A stretch of 64,000 bases of DNA from Octopus vulgaris (taxonomy: Eukaryota). A program made the translations under genes and the position numbers. The stretch covers positions 189,472,001-189,536,000 of the forward strand of contig OX597815.1 of assembly GCA_951406725.2 (NCBI GenBank), written 5' to 3'. How positions within the stretch are numbered: the first letter of the stretch is position 1; each line of letters starts with the position of its first letter. Of this stretch, positions 11,847 through 24,806 are shown in pieces. The notes under the pieces are model-generated. The model saw only the letters and a list, made by a program, of their open reading frames with translations. It did no database searches and had not been told where the DNA came from.

Positions 11847-12552
11847 TAACTTAGAATAACTTAGAAAGGTTTTGGCCAGTATTGGCCCAGGCCATGTCTA
11901 ACTTAATAGCACCACCTGGCGAAGTCTTTCAGTTCAGGATTTGGGCACCAAGGCCCATTCGAGCAGAGAGTTATTGTTTGCAGAGACATATCCGGGTGTG
12001 GGTGGTTTGTCCGGTACTGTTTGAAGGAATTTGTCCAAAGACTTCTTGAATTTTGTGTGGTCAGTTTCTTTTTTGACGTGTCCTGGTGTAATGTTGAAGA
12101 GAGCGGGTCCAATTAAGGTGAAATAGTTGTGCCGTATTGTCGTTATGTGATGCGATTTAGATTTTTGTTGTGGACGGATGGCACGTGGTCCAAGCCTTGG
12201 ATGTATTTTGAAGGTGATGCCAACATCATTCGGACAGTGCTGATGGAATATTTTCCACATCATACAGATAATGTAGCGTTCACGGCGTCGTTGGAGTGAA
12301 TACAATTTCAGCTTCTCTAGTCTACCCCAGTAGTCAAGGTCTGACATGCCATCTATCTTTTTTGTGATTGACCTTTGGGGAGCTTCAATTCTCATAATAT
12401 TTTGTTTTGTGTAGGGAGACCACAGTGGACAGCAGTATTCAAGGTGGGGTCGGGCAAAAGTGGAGAAGAGAAGGATAATAGCGTGGGAATCTCTCGACTG
12501 GAAGGTTCTGAGAATCCAGGAACACATTCTGTGGGCCATGTCAACTTTGCTG
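11847..12552 (-). mobile_element. CR1/L2-group LINE, 5'-truncated (RT C-terminus plus 3' UTR)
   Basis: ORF 11934-12581 contains RPHLEYCCPLWSP, YWGRLEKLKLYSLQRRRER and FKKSLDKFL; followed by a 3' stem-loop and a (TTCTAAGTTA)n tail. Confidence 0.85.
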
Positions 12553-12582
12553 CTTATATGTATATACACGTGCATATGCATA

Positions 12583-13095
12583 CATCATCATCATCATCAT
12601 CATCATCATCGTTGTTTAACATCCATGTTTCATGCTGGCATGGGTCGGACGGTTTGACAGAGAAGGCGCGAGCTGGCAGAAACATTAGCACACCGGGCGA
12701 AATGCATAGCTGTATTTCATCTGCTGTTACGTTCTGAGTTCAAATACCGCCAAGGTTGACTTTGCCTTTCATCCTTTCGGGGTCGATAAATTAAGTACCA
12801 GTTATGCACTGGTACCAGTCTGCCCTTGTTTGTCTCCTCTGTGTTTAGCCCCTTGTGGGTAGTAAAGAAATAGGTTTGACAGCGAACTGGCAAGCCTGAT
12901 CTGACAAGGTTTCTACAGCTGGATGCCCTTCCTAATGCCAACCACTCTGAGAATGTAGTGGGTGCTTTTTATATGTCACCGGCACAGGAGACAGTCAGAT
13001 GGCACTGGCATCAGCCATGCTCAAAAGGTGCATTTAACATGCCACCAGCATGGGTGCCAATCAGGCAGCACTGACATCAGCTCAGCACTGGCAAA
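12583..13095 (-). mobile_element. family D copy with nested family B SINE (12663-12874, +)
   Basis: TSD ggtttgacag at 12651-12660 and 12873-12882. Confidence 0.8.
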
Positions 13096-13140
13096 CCACC
13101 TTCCTCTATGCAATGAACACCTTTATTTCATTCTCTCTCT

Positions 13141-13556
13141 CTTTTACTCTTTTACTCTTTTACTTGTTTCAGTCATTTGACTGTGGCCATGCTGGAGCAC
13201 CGCCTTTAGGCGAGCAAATCGACCCCAGGACTTATTCATTGAAAGCCTAGTACTTATTCTATCAGTCTCTTTGCCGAACCGCTAAGTTACGGGGACGTAA
13301 ACACACCAGCATCGGTTGTCAAGCGATGTTGGGGGGGACAAACACAGACACACAAACACACACACATATATACATATACATATACATATATACGACAGGC
13401 TTCTTTCAGTTTCCGTCAACCAAATCCACTCACAAGGCTTTGGTCGGCCCGAGGCTATAGTAGAAGACACTTGCCCAAAAGTGCCACGCAGTGGGATTGA
13501 ACCCAGAACCATGTGGTTGGTAAGCAAGCTACTTACCACACAGCCACTCCTGCGCT
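13141..13556 (-). mobile_element. SINE family A
   Basis: Full-length match to family A. Confidence 0.9.
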
Positions 13557-13827
13557 TACACAGCCACTCATTGTTATTTTATTTTATTCTATTTTTACAT
13601 TAACTTACCCTTTTTCTGAACTAGTGACATAAAAACACATAAGCACAGCTTTCTCCTTATTTTTCATCTTTCTCAGACTTAATACAGTTTATTTCTCATA
13701 ACTACATTTATTACTTTGAATGAATTTTCTCCTCTCTCCCCTTTCTTTCCCTCCTCACTCTATATTTATCTTCCTCTTTAGAAGGTGATACAGAAATCAA
13801 ATGGCAGTGCTAAAGTTTATTTATCTA

Positions 13828-13845
13828 TTCTCTCTCTCTCTCTCA

Positions 13846-13903
<58 letters not shown>

Positions 13904-14055
13904 TCTCTTTCTCTCTCTCTCAATCAGTCTATCTTTCTTCTTCTTTCTACTCTTTCTTTTTTGTCTTCTAAAGTACAGGAATGTATGCCAACTTCTGTTT
14001 GTTAAATTTTCACTCATTTATACACACACAGACACACAGACACATACACACACAT

Positions 14056-14115
<60 letters not shown>

Positions 14116-14256
14116 AGAGAAAAGTATACTCATGCTTGGAAGTATCAGTCATTCAGATATGATGAATCTTTTTACTCACTATTCTAATAGTGTTCACTCA
14201 CATACAACGACACTGATACACACACACACACACACGAACATACACACACACACACA

Positions 14257-14303
<47 letters not shown>

Positions 14304-15404
14304 CTAATATTATTCACTCCCACCATCACCATCACCATCTATCTATCCATCTACCTATCTATCTTCTTTCTGAGACACATTTATTCACTCACCTGCATGC
14401 ACGAGTACACACACACACAAGGAAATACATGCAAAAGCATATTTCATTATTTTCCATTACAACTTTGTCTCTCTTTCTCTCTTTCTTCCCCTGTTTGTTC
14501 TTCCACTCTGCCTGTCTGTCTATCAAGTTGTCCATCCATCCATCCATTCATACATACATACATACATACATACATACATACATACATACATACGTATATA
14601 CATACATTTATATAAATATACATATACATATATATATACACATATACATATATACATATACATATACATATATATATGTGTGTGTGTGTGTGTATGTATC
14701 TATGTATATTTGTGTGTGTATATATATATATATATACCTATTTTGTTATGTCATGCTTTGTATTAAAAAATAAGCTATAAATGTGGTCCAATCAATGTGT
14801 TTGTTAATCTGAGGTTTTCACCATTTTCTGATTATTTGTACACACACACACACACACACACACATCTTTTTGTTTCTGTGACACAACATTCACACACGCA
14901 TCTGCATGAAAATGCACGTATGAACACACATGTACATATATGTATACACAGGCACACAATATTACATCATACATACACACACACACATACACATGCATGC
15001 ACACACCATCGTACACACATACAGCACTTCTGTCAGTCATTAAATATCTCATGCTCACTCCCACCTAGTCTTTCTCAATTTCTCTTCCACTTCCTAAGAC
15101 AACATTTAACTCAGCACGTGCAAACACACGCACACACTAGCTTCTTTCAGTCACTGAAAATTCCCATTTCCACCTTCCTTTGTATCACAAATTGTCTTTT
15201 CTTCCTTTCCTCATGCTTTTCTATCTTTCTCAGTATACATACAAATACATACATATGCAACACATACGTATCATACACACACATATATGTACGTATATGT
15301 GTGTGTGTGTAAAAAATACATACATATATATGTATATATGTGTATGTATGCATGTACGTATTCATGCAAACACACATAAAATATATACATTTATATACAA
15401 ACAC

Positions 15405-15463
<59 letters not shown>

Positions 15464-15621
15464 TGCACATATATATATATACATATATATATATACATAC
15501 ATACATATACATGCATATATATATGTATATATATATATATGCACACATATGTAAACATTTTTAATCATACTTTACCTAGTTTACTTACATTTGTATAAGT
15601 GTATACGTGTGTGTGTATCTT

Positions 15622-15655
<34 letters not shown>

Positions 15656-15877
15656 TACGCACACACATACACACACATTCTTCATTCTTCTTTGCATACC
15701 CTAACTTGTATATACAACCTTCTTGGAATAGTTCTCTAGTATATCTCCACCTGGTTTATATTTTAGTATTCTTCATTTTACATTATCAATATGCATATGG
15801 GTGTGTATGTGTGCACGTGTTTGTGTATGTGTGTGTATATATATATATATGTATACATTCTACACATATATACATTA

Positions 15878-15909
<32 letters not shown>

Positions 15910-16657
15910 CCTATAGATATATATATTATATATACGTTATATATTATATGTAAATATATCTATATACATAATATATCATATGTGTGTGAGTGTTTGTGTG
16001 TATTTCAAGAAAAAATCATTTTTCTATATATAATATCTCTTACAGACCATATATTTTGGTTGAAAGCAATTTTAATTGGATGTATATTACGTATGATTGC
16101 ATTAATATATTTTATCTGATATGCAAGGGAGTGTGTGTATATGAATGTATATGCATGGTAGAATATTTATTTGTAAGTATTTGTATAAACCTATACATAA
16201 AGCTTGTTTGCACGAACATACTCATATGTACCGTTATGTGTGTATGCGGATGATACTTTCTAACGGCACATAAGCATATAAACAGGCACCAGCATATATT
16301 CGCTTATTTGATGATAAATATGCAAAGATATGTTCCTATTCTAACTGCCATTAGATTGCATACACATGCACACTCAGACATGCAGGCATATGCATACATG
16401 TGTGCATATACATATACATGTGCGCCTATATAAAAATATGTACATGAATATGATGCATGCCCATATATGAATAGATATTTTTTAATTTTTTTCCCTATCT
16501 GTATTCTTCCTTCTCTCTCTCTCATATACATACATACATACATACATACATATATGCAGAGGGAGAGACAGAGATAAAGAGAGAGAGAGAGAGAGAGAGA
16601 TGTAAAAGATATACATACAAAAATACATTCACACATATATATATTTATATATGTATG

Positions 16658-16692
<35 letters not shown>

Positions 16693-16757
16693 GTATATCC
16701 ATAATATATATTTGTATATATATATATATATATATATATGCATATATATATACATGC

Positions 16758-16798
<41 letters not shown>

Positions 16799-17062
16799 CG
16801 TATATATATAGATATATAGATTTATATATATATACGTATATATATAGATATATAGATATATATATATATACATGTATATATATATGCATGTATATATATA
16901 TATGTATGTGTATATGTATATATATATATATGTACATATGTATGTATATCCATAATATATATGTGTGTGTATATATATATATATAAATATAGATGTATAT
17001 ATATATATATGTATGTATATATATATGTATGTGTATATGTTTATATATATAAATATATATAT
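13828..17062. repeat. long low-complexity region of compound (CT)n, (CA)n, (TACA)n and (TA)n tracts
   Basis: Read directly; short unique spacers in between. Confidence 0.85.
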
Positions 17063-17682
17063 TGATACATGTCTACTCGTTAATATGTTTAGGGATAATG
17101 AATTATATCAAAATTTATATAGATAGCTTCAAGGACATATCTTCATATTTGTATGATTCTACAGACTTCAGAATGAGTTGTAAATAAATAATGTAAGAAA
17201 GCAAATTTAGCTAACTTCTGGGCAATGGCAGCTTCTCAGAAAACCTTTTTGATCCTAATTGTCAAAAGGGAAAAACAAGACCGAAACAGGTGTAGACGAT
17301 AGAAAGGCATTAAGAGAAGGAAGAGGAGAAATTCGAGTTGATGTTCCTTAAAAAAATGTGAGATTGATGCATGAAGTAAATGAGTTTTGTCTTTATCAGT
17401 TTTTAATATCAACCTTCTACAATGCAACTGCAATTGAAATGATCTGCTTTTCCAGATCATATCAGAAGGAATGTTATAACCAATGTCTAAAAATGTAAAA
17501 CCGACCTCATTCTAGATACCATAGAATTAAATTCTAGGTGGTGTATGTATATATGCATATTTGTATATATGTTTATATATATATATATATGTGTATGTGT
17601 ATATATATATATATTTCTCTCTTAAAATAAAAACAACTACAGATGGCAGCAGCAGCGGTCACCAGTCAAATTTCATACACAC

Positions 17683-17733
<51 letters not shown>

Positions 17734-17831
17734 AATTTAAAATGAGGGTGAGAAATAAGATATTAATTCAATTAACATCGATTTCACACCAGTGGTCTAG
17801 CATATAAAAAATTGAAGGTTCAGTAAAATTG

Positions 17832-17979
17832 TATTATATACATATTAGAGGGAAACCACTATGTGGACACCCTTATTCTAGAAATAGATCCACTATGGTC
17901 TTAGTGGTAAGACCATAGTGGATCTATTTCTAGCATAAGGGTGTCCACATAGTGGTTTACCTCTAATATGTATATAATA
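17832..17979. repeat. fold-back inverted repeat (~72-bp arms, 4-nt loop) ending in (TA)n
   Basis: tattatatacatattagagg..ccactatggtctta-gtgg-taagaccatagtgg..cctctaatatgtatataata. Confidence 0.9.
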
Positions 17980-18780
17980 TATATATATCTATATATCTAT
18001 ATCTATCTATCTATCTATATATCTATATATATATATATATTTACCAGTGATACACCTATGTCTGCAACCATAGGGAGCTTTGTCTTCCTTATTAGTTTAT
18101 TAAGATAATGTTCTAGTGGCAAATGAGTCCGTTTGACCTGTATATTACCCATTGGAAGAATTCATGGAGTGACCAACAACTAAATGTTGTCACAAATGTC
18201 ATATACTGATCTTTGTGGTTATCCATTAACTGGAACTTAACAGATAGCCAATATGTTATCCTTCCAGACAATATATCCCTCCAAACTCACTTATATATAT
18301 ATATATATTCAGGATGGTGGCTTTGCCAGTTTTACACTGTTTGTTTGATCTTACCTTTGTTGTATTGTTATACAATCTGTAACATCTTCAATGACTATCT
18401 GTTTTTCTAGTGTTCTCTTCTCTCTGGTCTTGTCTTTCTGCGAAATTGAAGAGGTCACAAAATGTGTGAGGAAAGAACTCTGACAAGTAAACCAATAATA
18501 ATAATAATAAAGTTAAAGTGAAGATCAAATAAACAGTGAGTCTGTTATTGGCAAAATGACCGTCCCCAATTACAACAATATATACCTCAATGCACAATTT
18601 CACATCAAGAGTCTTGTAAAACGAATACATAAATGAATATACATACATCTAGATACACATACATAAATATATATATATTTACACATACATATATATACAT
18701 ACACACATAAGCACACACATATATATAGATATATATAGATACACACATGCAGACATATACTTATACAAATACATATGCAT

Positions 18781-19097
18781 AGGAAGGGCATCCAGCTGTA
18801 GAAACATTGCCAGATTAGACTGGAGCCTGGTGCAGCCTTCTGGCTTCCCAGAACCCCGGTCGAACCGTCCAACCCATGCTAGCATGGAGAACGGACGTTA
18901 AACGACGATGATGATGATGATGATGATGATATATATATATATATATATAGGAAGGGCATCCAGCTGTAGAAACTCTGCCAGATCAGATTGGAGCCTGGTG
19001 CAGCAATCTGGTTTGCCAGTCCCCAGTCAAATCGTCCAACCCATGCTAGCATGGAAAGCAAATGTTAAACGATGATGATGATGATGATGATGATGAT
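18781..19097 (+). mobile_element. two tandem 3' fragments of family D
   Basis: Both start at aggaagggcatccagctgtagaaac and end in (GAT)n then (TA)n. Confidence 0.8.
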
Positions 19098-19460
19098 ATA
19101 TATATATATAAATTTGATGAATTTAAATAATAAATAAGTATAACCTGAAATACTGAATCATTTTTAAAAAGTTGTAATAAAAGAAATCTCGATGCACGTA
19201 GCTGACCTATATAAAAAATATATTTGTTGGAACCAGTTATTGATAAGAATGATAATGGTTGTTAACAATATAATGGCTAATAATGGCATTGATGCTAATA
19301 ATGATCATTAAAATAATGACGGTAGATGATGTCAGTGGCATTAGCGATGCAGCTGACGATGGTAATGACGGTGGGAAAAATAATGACGGTTATTTTGATA
19401 GTGTGCTATACTGGCAGTGACGATGATGACGACAATGATGATGATGATGATGAAGATGAA

Positions 19461-19492
<32 letters not shown>

Positions 19493-19757
19493 CAACTTAT
19501 TCAATAAATTATAAATGATAAATAATTTAATAAGCAGGAAATCAAGCAAGAGACAACCAATGTAATGTTATGATATTTTTGACACGTTACTTTTTCCTTT
19601 CCTTTCACAGACAACAAATGTTATATAGATAGACACTAGCATCTGACTTTTTATGTTGCCCTTGACATCTCAGTAAAATGAAAATTGAAAACATTTGATG
19701 GAAAATAATGTAATTATTCTTCATGCCTGCTTCTTATTTTCATTTTTAGTATTTATA

Positions 19758-19788
<31 letters not shown>

Positions 19789-20229
19789 TTATTATTTATT
19801 ATTTATTTATTTATTCATTTATTCACTTTTCCATTTTGTCTTATATTTTGCCTTCTGAGATACAATCAGTTAATCAATTATTTTACATTGTTTGAAGTGA
19901 ATAATTTCTGCATGCTAATTGGACGATCAGATGTATTCTGCTACAGTGTAAAGAATACATCATTGATGATTCATTCGTTCTATTTTGCTTGGCAAGGTGT
20001 TCTTTAATTACCAATCTTAACTAATGAAGATAATATTTAAAGATAGGCTTCGTGTAAATTGAATCTTTTAAATTTAGTTGTTAAGAAACGGTTGAAAGAA
20101 AGAAAGAAACATTGTTTCCTATACTGTCAGCGAAGAAATGAAATATTGGTATCGTCTGTTCCATCATGAAATTATTGTTTCATATATGTTTGTATGTAAT
20201 GTGTGATGTATATGTATACATTTGCGTTT

Positions 20230-20556
<327 letters not shown>

Positions 20557-21351
20557 CCTGATAAAATGCTTTGTTAAAATATTCATTGGTGTGTGAATAT
20601 AGTTTTATTATGGTGTATTTAATTATCTGCTTTTAATTAAAACTGGCTTCTGACATTAAAAAATTTTTAAATTATGTGCTTCATTGTGTGATAATTATAG
20701 TGAGCATAGTATATATATATACATATATACATATATACATACATATATATATATGTGCGCACTTATGTATGTATGTATACATGTATGTCTGTACGTATGT
20801 TGGTATATATATGTTTTTTTTTGTGTGTGTTTGTATGTTGTTCTCTTCCTATAAATACTGAAATGTGCCAGTGGATATGGAGTTTTCTATTATCTAAATA
20901 CAAACTGCGTATTTAAAGGCTGATAATTCAGTTATAGCAAACAATACTACGGTGCATTGACAACATCCAATAATCCTGAATTATTAGTGCAAACAGCTGG
21001 GTGTACGTAATGTTGGTAATTTGCATGTAGATTTTTATCCAGTTAAAAATCAGCATCGGAACTACGTCTTTAAGCAGATATTGCATAGTTATTTCCAAGC
21101 AGGTAGTTAGACATGTTACCTTAGTGCATTAGCTTGAACAATTCAGGTAACAACACTGTATATGTAACAGTGTAGTCTAAGCAGAGTTATTTATTAGACA
21201 CATTTATTTCAGTTGAGTCTGTTTGAGAAGAAGACATTATAAATAGTATTAAATACATATTCTTGTGATACAATTATTGTATGGTGGTTTAAAATTCATT
21301 CTTTCACAAAAGGTGAAATAATTACAGGTAATATACTGTGATCAAAATATA

Positions 21352-21485
21352 AGGTAGTGAGCTGGCAGAATTGTTAGTATGCCAGGTAAAATGCTTTGTG
21401 GCATTTTGTCTGTCTTTATGATCTGAGTTCCAATTCTAGCGAGGTCGACTTTACCTGTCATCCCTTTTGGGGGTTGATAAAAGTT
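21352..21485 (+). mobile_element. SINE family B 5' fragment
   Basis: aggtagtgagctggcagaattgttag...gaggtcgacttt. Confidence 0.7.
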
Positions 21486-21617
21486 GAAATCAATTTACTG
21501 TAATAGAAATATAAATTTGCCACAGTGCCATAGTTATGGAGCATTTCTTCAAAAACAGAAACCAAGATAAGAGACCTTTAAATTATAATTACGACAAAGC
21601 TAAGGAGAAGGAGGTTT

Positions 21618-21863
21618 ATGGTGGTTGTGGTAGGCATGGCGGGATGGAGGTGATCATGATGATGATGGTGTGGTGGTGGTGGTGGTGATAGTGGTGGGCA
21701 TGGTGGAATAGAAGTGATGATGATGATGGTAGTGTTGGTGGTGAGTTTGATGGGCATGGTGGAGTAGAGGTGATGATGATGATGACAGTAGCGGTGGTGG
21801 TAGGCATGGTGTGGTAGGGGTGATGATGGTTGAGTTGGTGGTGATGATGATGATGATGATGAT
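21618..21863. repeat. degenerate (TGG)/(TGA) repeat with a recurring ggcatggtgg unit
   Basis: Read directly. Confidence 0.8.
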
Positions 21864-22561
21864 CACGACAGAAGTGCAACATAGATTTTCTTTTTTTTTC
21901 TCTTTTTTCAAAATGCATGCACATGTAAAAAAAAATCACACCTAAAAGAAGATGCTTCCCCTTCATCCATATTTGGCAATTGGAATGATGAACTGAGGAC
22001 TTGGACGCTTCCCCTTTGTCCATAGTTGGCAATTAGAACGATGAAGCGTGGACTTCATGTTGTCCAACTGTGTTTACCATCCTTTGACTGTCTCCTTGTT
22101 GGTAGTTTCATAATGAAAGAAAAATTACTTCTATCTTCTCCTCTTTACTTCATACTTAACTGCTCTGTCTTGCTCTATAGCCAATAAGCAACTCATTCTG
22201 CTGCCTCCCACTGCCTATAAATGCCTCCTTTCTCTCTTTCCCTTTCACTTCAATTAGCTGTGACCATCCTCTGTACTGACTAGATTGGAAATCCTCTGAT
22301 CTCACACGTCTAGTGTCCATCTCCCATGTTCCTGCCTTTAGGCTTTCACTCCATACACACCAGCTTAATTTGAATCGTTATCAGTCAAAAGATGCCTGTT
22401 GTTATTTCCTGTTGTGTGTATTCGTAATTCTGTACCACGTTCTCCGTTTTTATTTTGTTTGTTTGTTTGTTTTGTCTTTGTTGCTGTACACATTCGCTAG
22501 CTTTCTTACAAAGGGGTCTAAAGCTTTTAGCTTAGACATTTTTTGGGGACAACCAGATCGA

Positions 22562-22624
22562 ACCATCTCAAGTGTTACTGTCCAAAACGGTTGTGACTTC
22601 GGGTACTTGACTGAAGCAAGAAAG
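22562..22624 (+). ncRNA. decayed candidate non-circularly permuted hammerhead
   Basis: accATC-tcaagtgtt-a-ctgtcc-AAAACggt-tgtgacttcg-ggtacttga-CTGAAGC-aagaaag. Confidence 0.45.
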
Positions 22625-22798
22625 CCACAAATGACCCGTCTTATTTTTGCCTGTCCTTCTAATTGTTACTTCTCTTGTCCACCTTTGTGTCATCTATCTA
22701 TCTGAATGTTTTAATGCCCTCTATTGCATTATATATATATATATATATATATATCATCATCATCGTTTAGCGTCCGTTTTCCATGCTAGCATGGGTTG

Positions 22799-22843
<45 letters not shown>

Positions 22844-22844
22844 T

Positions 22845-23020
22845 GACAGCTAAATCCAAAAGTTTTTTATTCTCTCTGTTTATTTCCTCATATTCCTTTC
22901 TGTTGAAGAGTATAGGCTCAAAACGTAAAAGACTTTCTCACCTTCCCGATTATCAAACTAATACACCTGCTTGTTGTTTATACACCTGTCTTCATCTTTT
23001 GTTTTTCTGTAAATTTCACC

Positions 23021-23024
<4 letters not shown>
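22845..23024 (+). mobile_element. short (TA)n-flanked element with a decayed minimal hammerhead; same family as 33421-33600 and 33645-33825
   Basis: ccttt-CTGTTGA-a-gagtataggctc-AAAAC-GTA-aaag at 22895-22931; shared 3' sequence with the 33.4-33.8 kb copies. Confidence 0.7.
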
Positions 23025-23103
<79 letters not shown>

Positions 23104-23239
23104 CAAAGTATGGGGGTTTAGTTCACAGGTGATCTAAAGATTAGGTACGCTAGGTAAGTACTGTAACGGATTACTAGGGCTCTAAGGTTATAACCGAGAT
23201 GGTAGTTATGAAGTCATTGCAGATTTTCAATGCAGCAGG

Positions 23240-23387
23240 TATATAATTGCTAAAGAGGACAACAAACATTAAGGCAAGGCAAACATCTCAAGTTGTATAC
23301 AATATTATTATTGGGAAAATAATATTGTATACGACTTGAGATGTTTGCCTTGCCTTAATGTTTGTTGTCCTCTTTAACAATTATATA
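23240..23387. repeat. fold-back inverted repeat (~70-bp arms) ending in (TA)n
   Basis: tatataattgctaaagaggacaacaaac..caatattatt / aataatattg..gtttgttgtcctctttaacaattatata. Confidence 0.9.
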
Positions 23388-23408
23388 TATATATATATAT
23401 ATATATAA

Positions 23409-23880
23409 ATTAATAAATAAATAAAGTATATGCATATATACATACATATATGTACGTACCTACCTCTACATGTATATATACATGCATATATGGGTACAGG
23501 ACACCAAAAAAACGTCAAACACAATGAGAAACGAAAACATAAACACAAAACCAAGGAAATGGACATTTTTCTTAAACAACGAAAAGATAGAGTACAGGAC
23601 ATACAAAACAAGGAAAATTCCCCTTCTTCCGTCGCCTTTGTTTCATCTACTCCGCGTTTCGAAGGTCAAGGCGATACATGCCTTTAATGAAACAATCCTT
23701 CCCGTGAAAATCAAATTAAATAAAATTTTAGATTTTTTTGCAGAGGAGTAAAAATGGTAACAAAAACAGGACAGTAACGACAGTACAAAATATAAACAGT
23801 AAAAGACAGGACAAGGAGAATAACAGTAACACAAACAAGAAGGGCTGTTAAGCCGAATGAGATAAAAGTTTCTACGAATA
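23409..23880 (-). mobile_element. putative Penelope-like element 3' remnant (second copy of 11146-11820)
   Basis: Collinear homology with 11146-11620; abuts (TA)n. Confidence 0.6.
23620..23680 (-). ncRNA. candidate non-circularly permuted hammerhead ribozyme
   Basis: Minus strand: catGTA-tcgcctt-ga-ccttc-GAAACgcg-gagtagatgaaaca-aaggcga-CGGAAGA-a-gggg. Confidence 0.5.
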
Positions 23881-24112
23881 TATACACACACTTATTTATG
23901 AGTGTGTGTGTAAGAAATAATTAAGATTCAGTTGAATTAGGTACTTAAGGTGAGGCAATAAGTCAGTATGGTATTATGTGTATAGAATCGAAGTAAGGTG
24001 AATGAAAAATAAATAAGTAACAAGGATGTCCAGATAGTAATACATTACGGCTGTTTCAGGCAGCTCCATTTAATCAATCAATGAAAACATTACCTCAGTT
24101 TGAAATACAATA

Positions 24113-24167
<55 letters not shown>

Positions 24168-24186
24168 CTGTGTTTGTGTGTGTAAG

Positions 24187-24806
24187 CAGTTCTCAACCAT
24201 GTTTCCCAGGGGTCCATGAAGCCTTCAAGCATCCTCCTGGCAGCCTCTGATGGTCTTCCCTCTATCAATATAATGATTTCACGTTTTGATGCAAGGCTGG
24301 AAGATTTGGTGGTGGAAGGAAGGGGACAAGTTGATTACATTGACCCCAGTATTCAACTGGTACTCATTTTATTGACCCTGAAAGGATGAAAGGTGAAGTT
24401 GACCCTGGCAGAATTTGAACTCAGGACGAACGAAATGCCACTAAGCATTTTGCCTAGTGGGCTTATAATTCTTTTCTACTCTAGACACAATGCCTGAAAT
24501 TTTTAGGGAAGGGGCCAGTCGATTATATCAAACCCAGTACACAACTGGTACTTAATTTATCCACCCTGAAAAGATGAAAGACAAAGTTGACCTCAGCTGA
24601 ATTTGAACTCACAACGTAAAGACAGGTGAAATACCATGAAGCATTTCGCTCAGCATGCTAACGTTTCTGCCAGCTCACCGCCTTTTCAAGTGATATAATA
24701 AAGTTTTCTTGAACTGATTTATGTTTTATTTATTTTGGTGGTGCCCCCTAAAAAAAACCCTAGATTTTTGTCTGGCCTGAATATTAAAAAAGGTTAAGAA
24801 CCACTG
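24187..24806. mobile_element. hAT/Charlie-like MITE containing nested family B-type SINEs (~24290-24685, -)
   Basis: Ends cagttctcaacc / ggttaagaaccactg; internal gaaaggatgaaagg..gaatttgaactc units. Confidence 0.55.
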
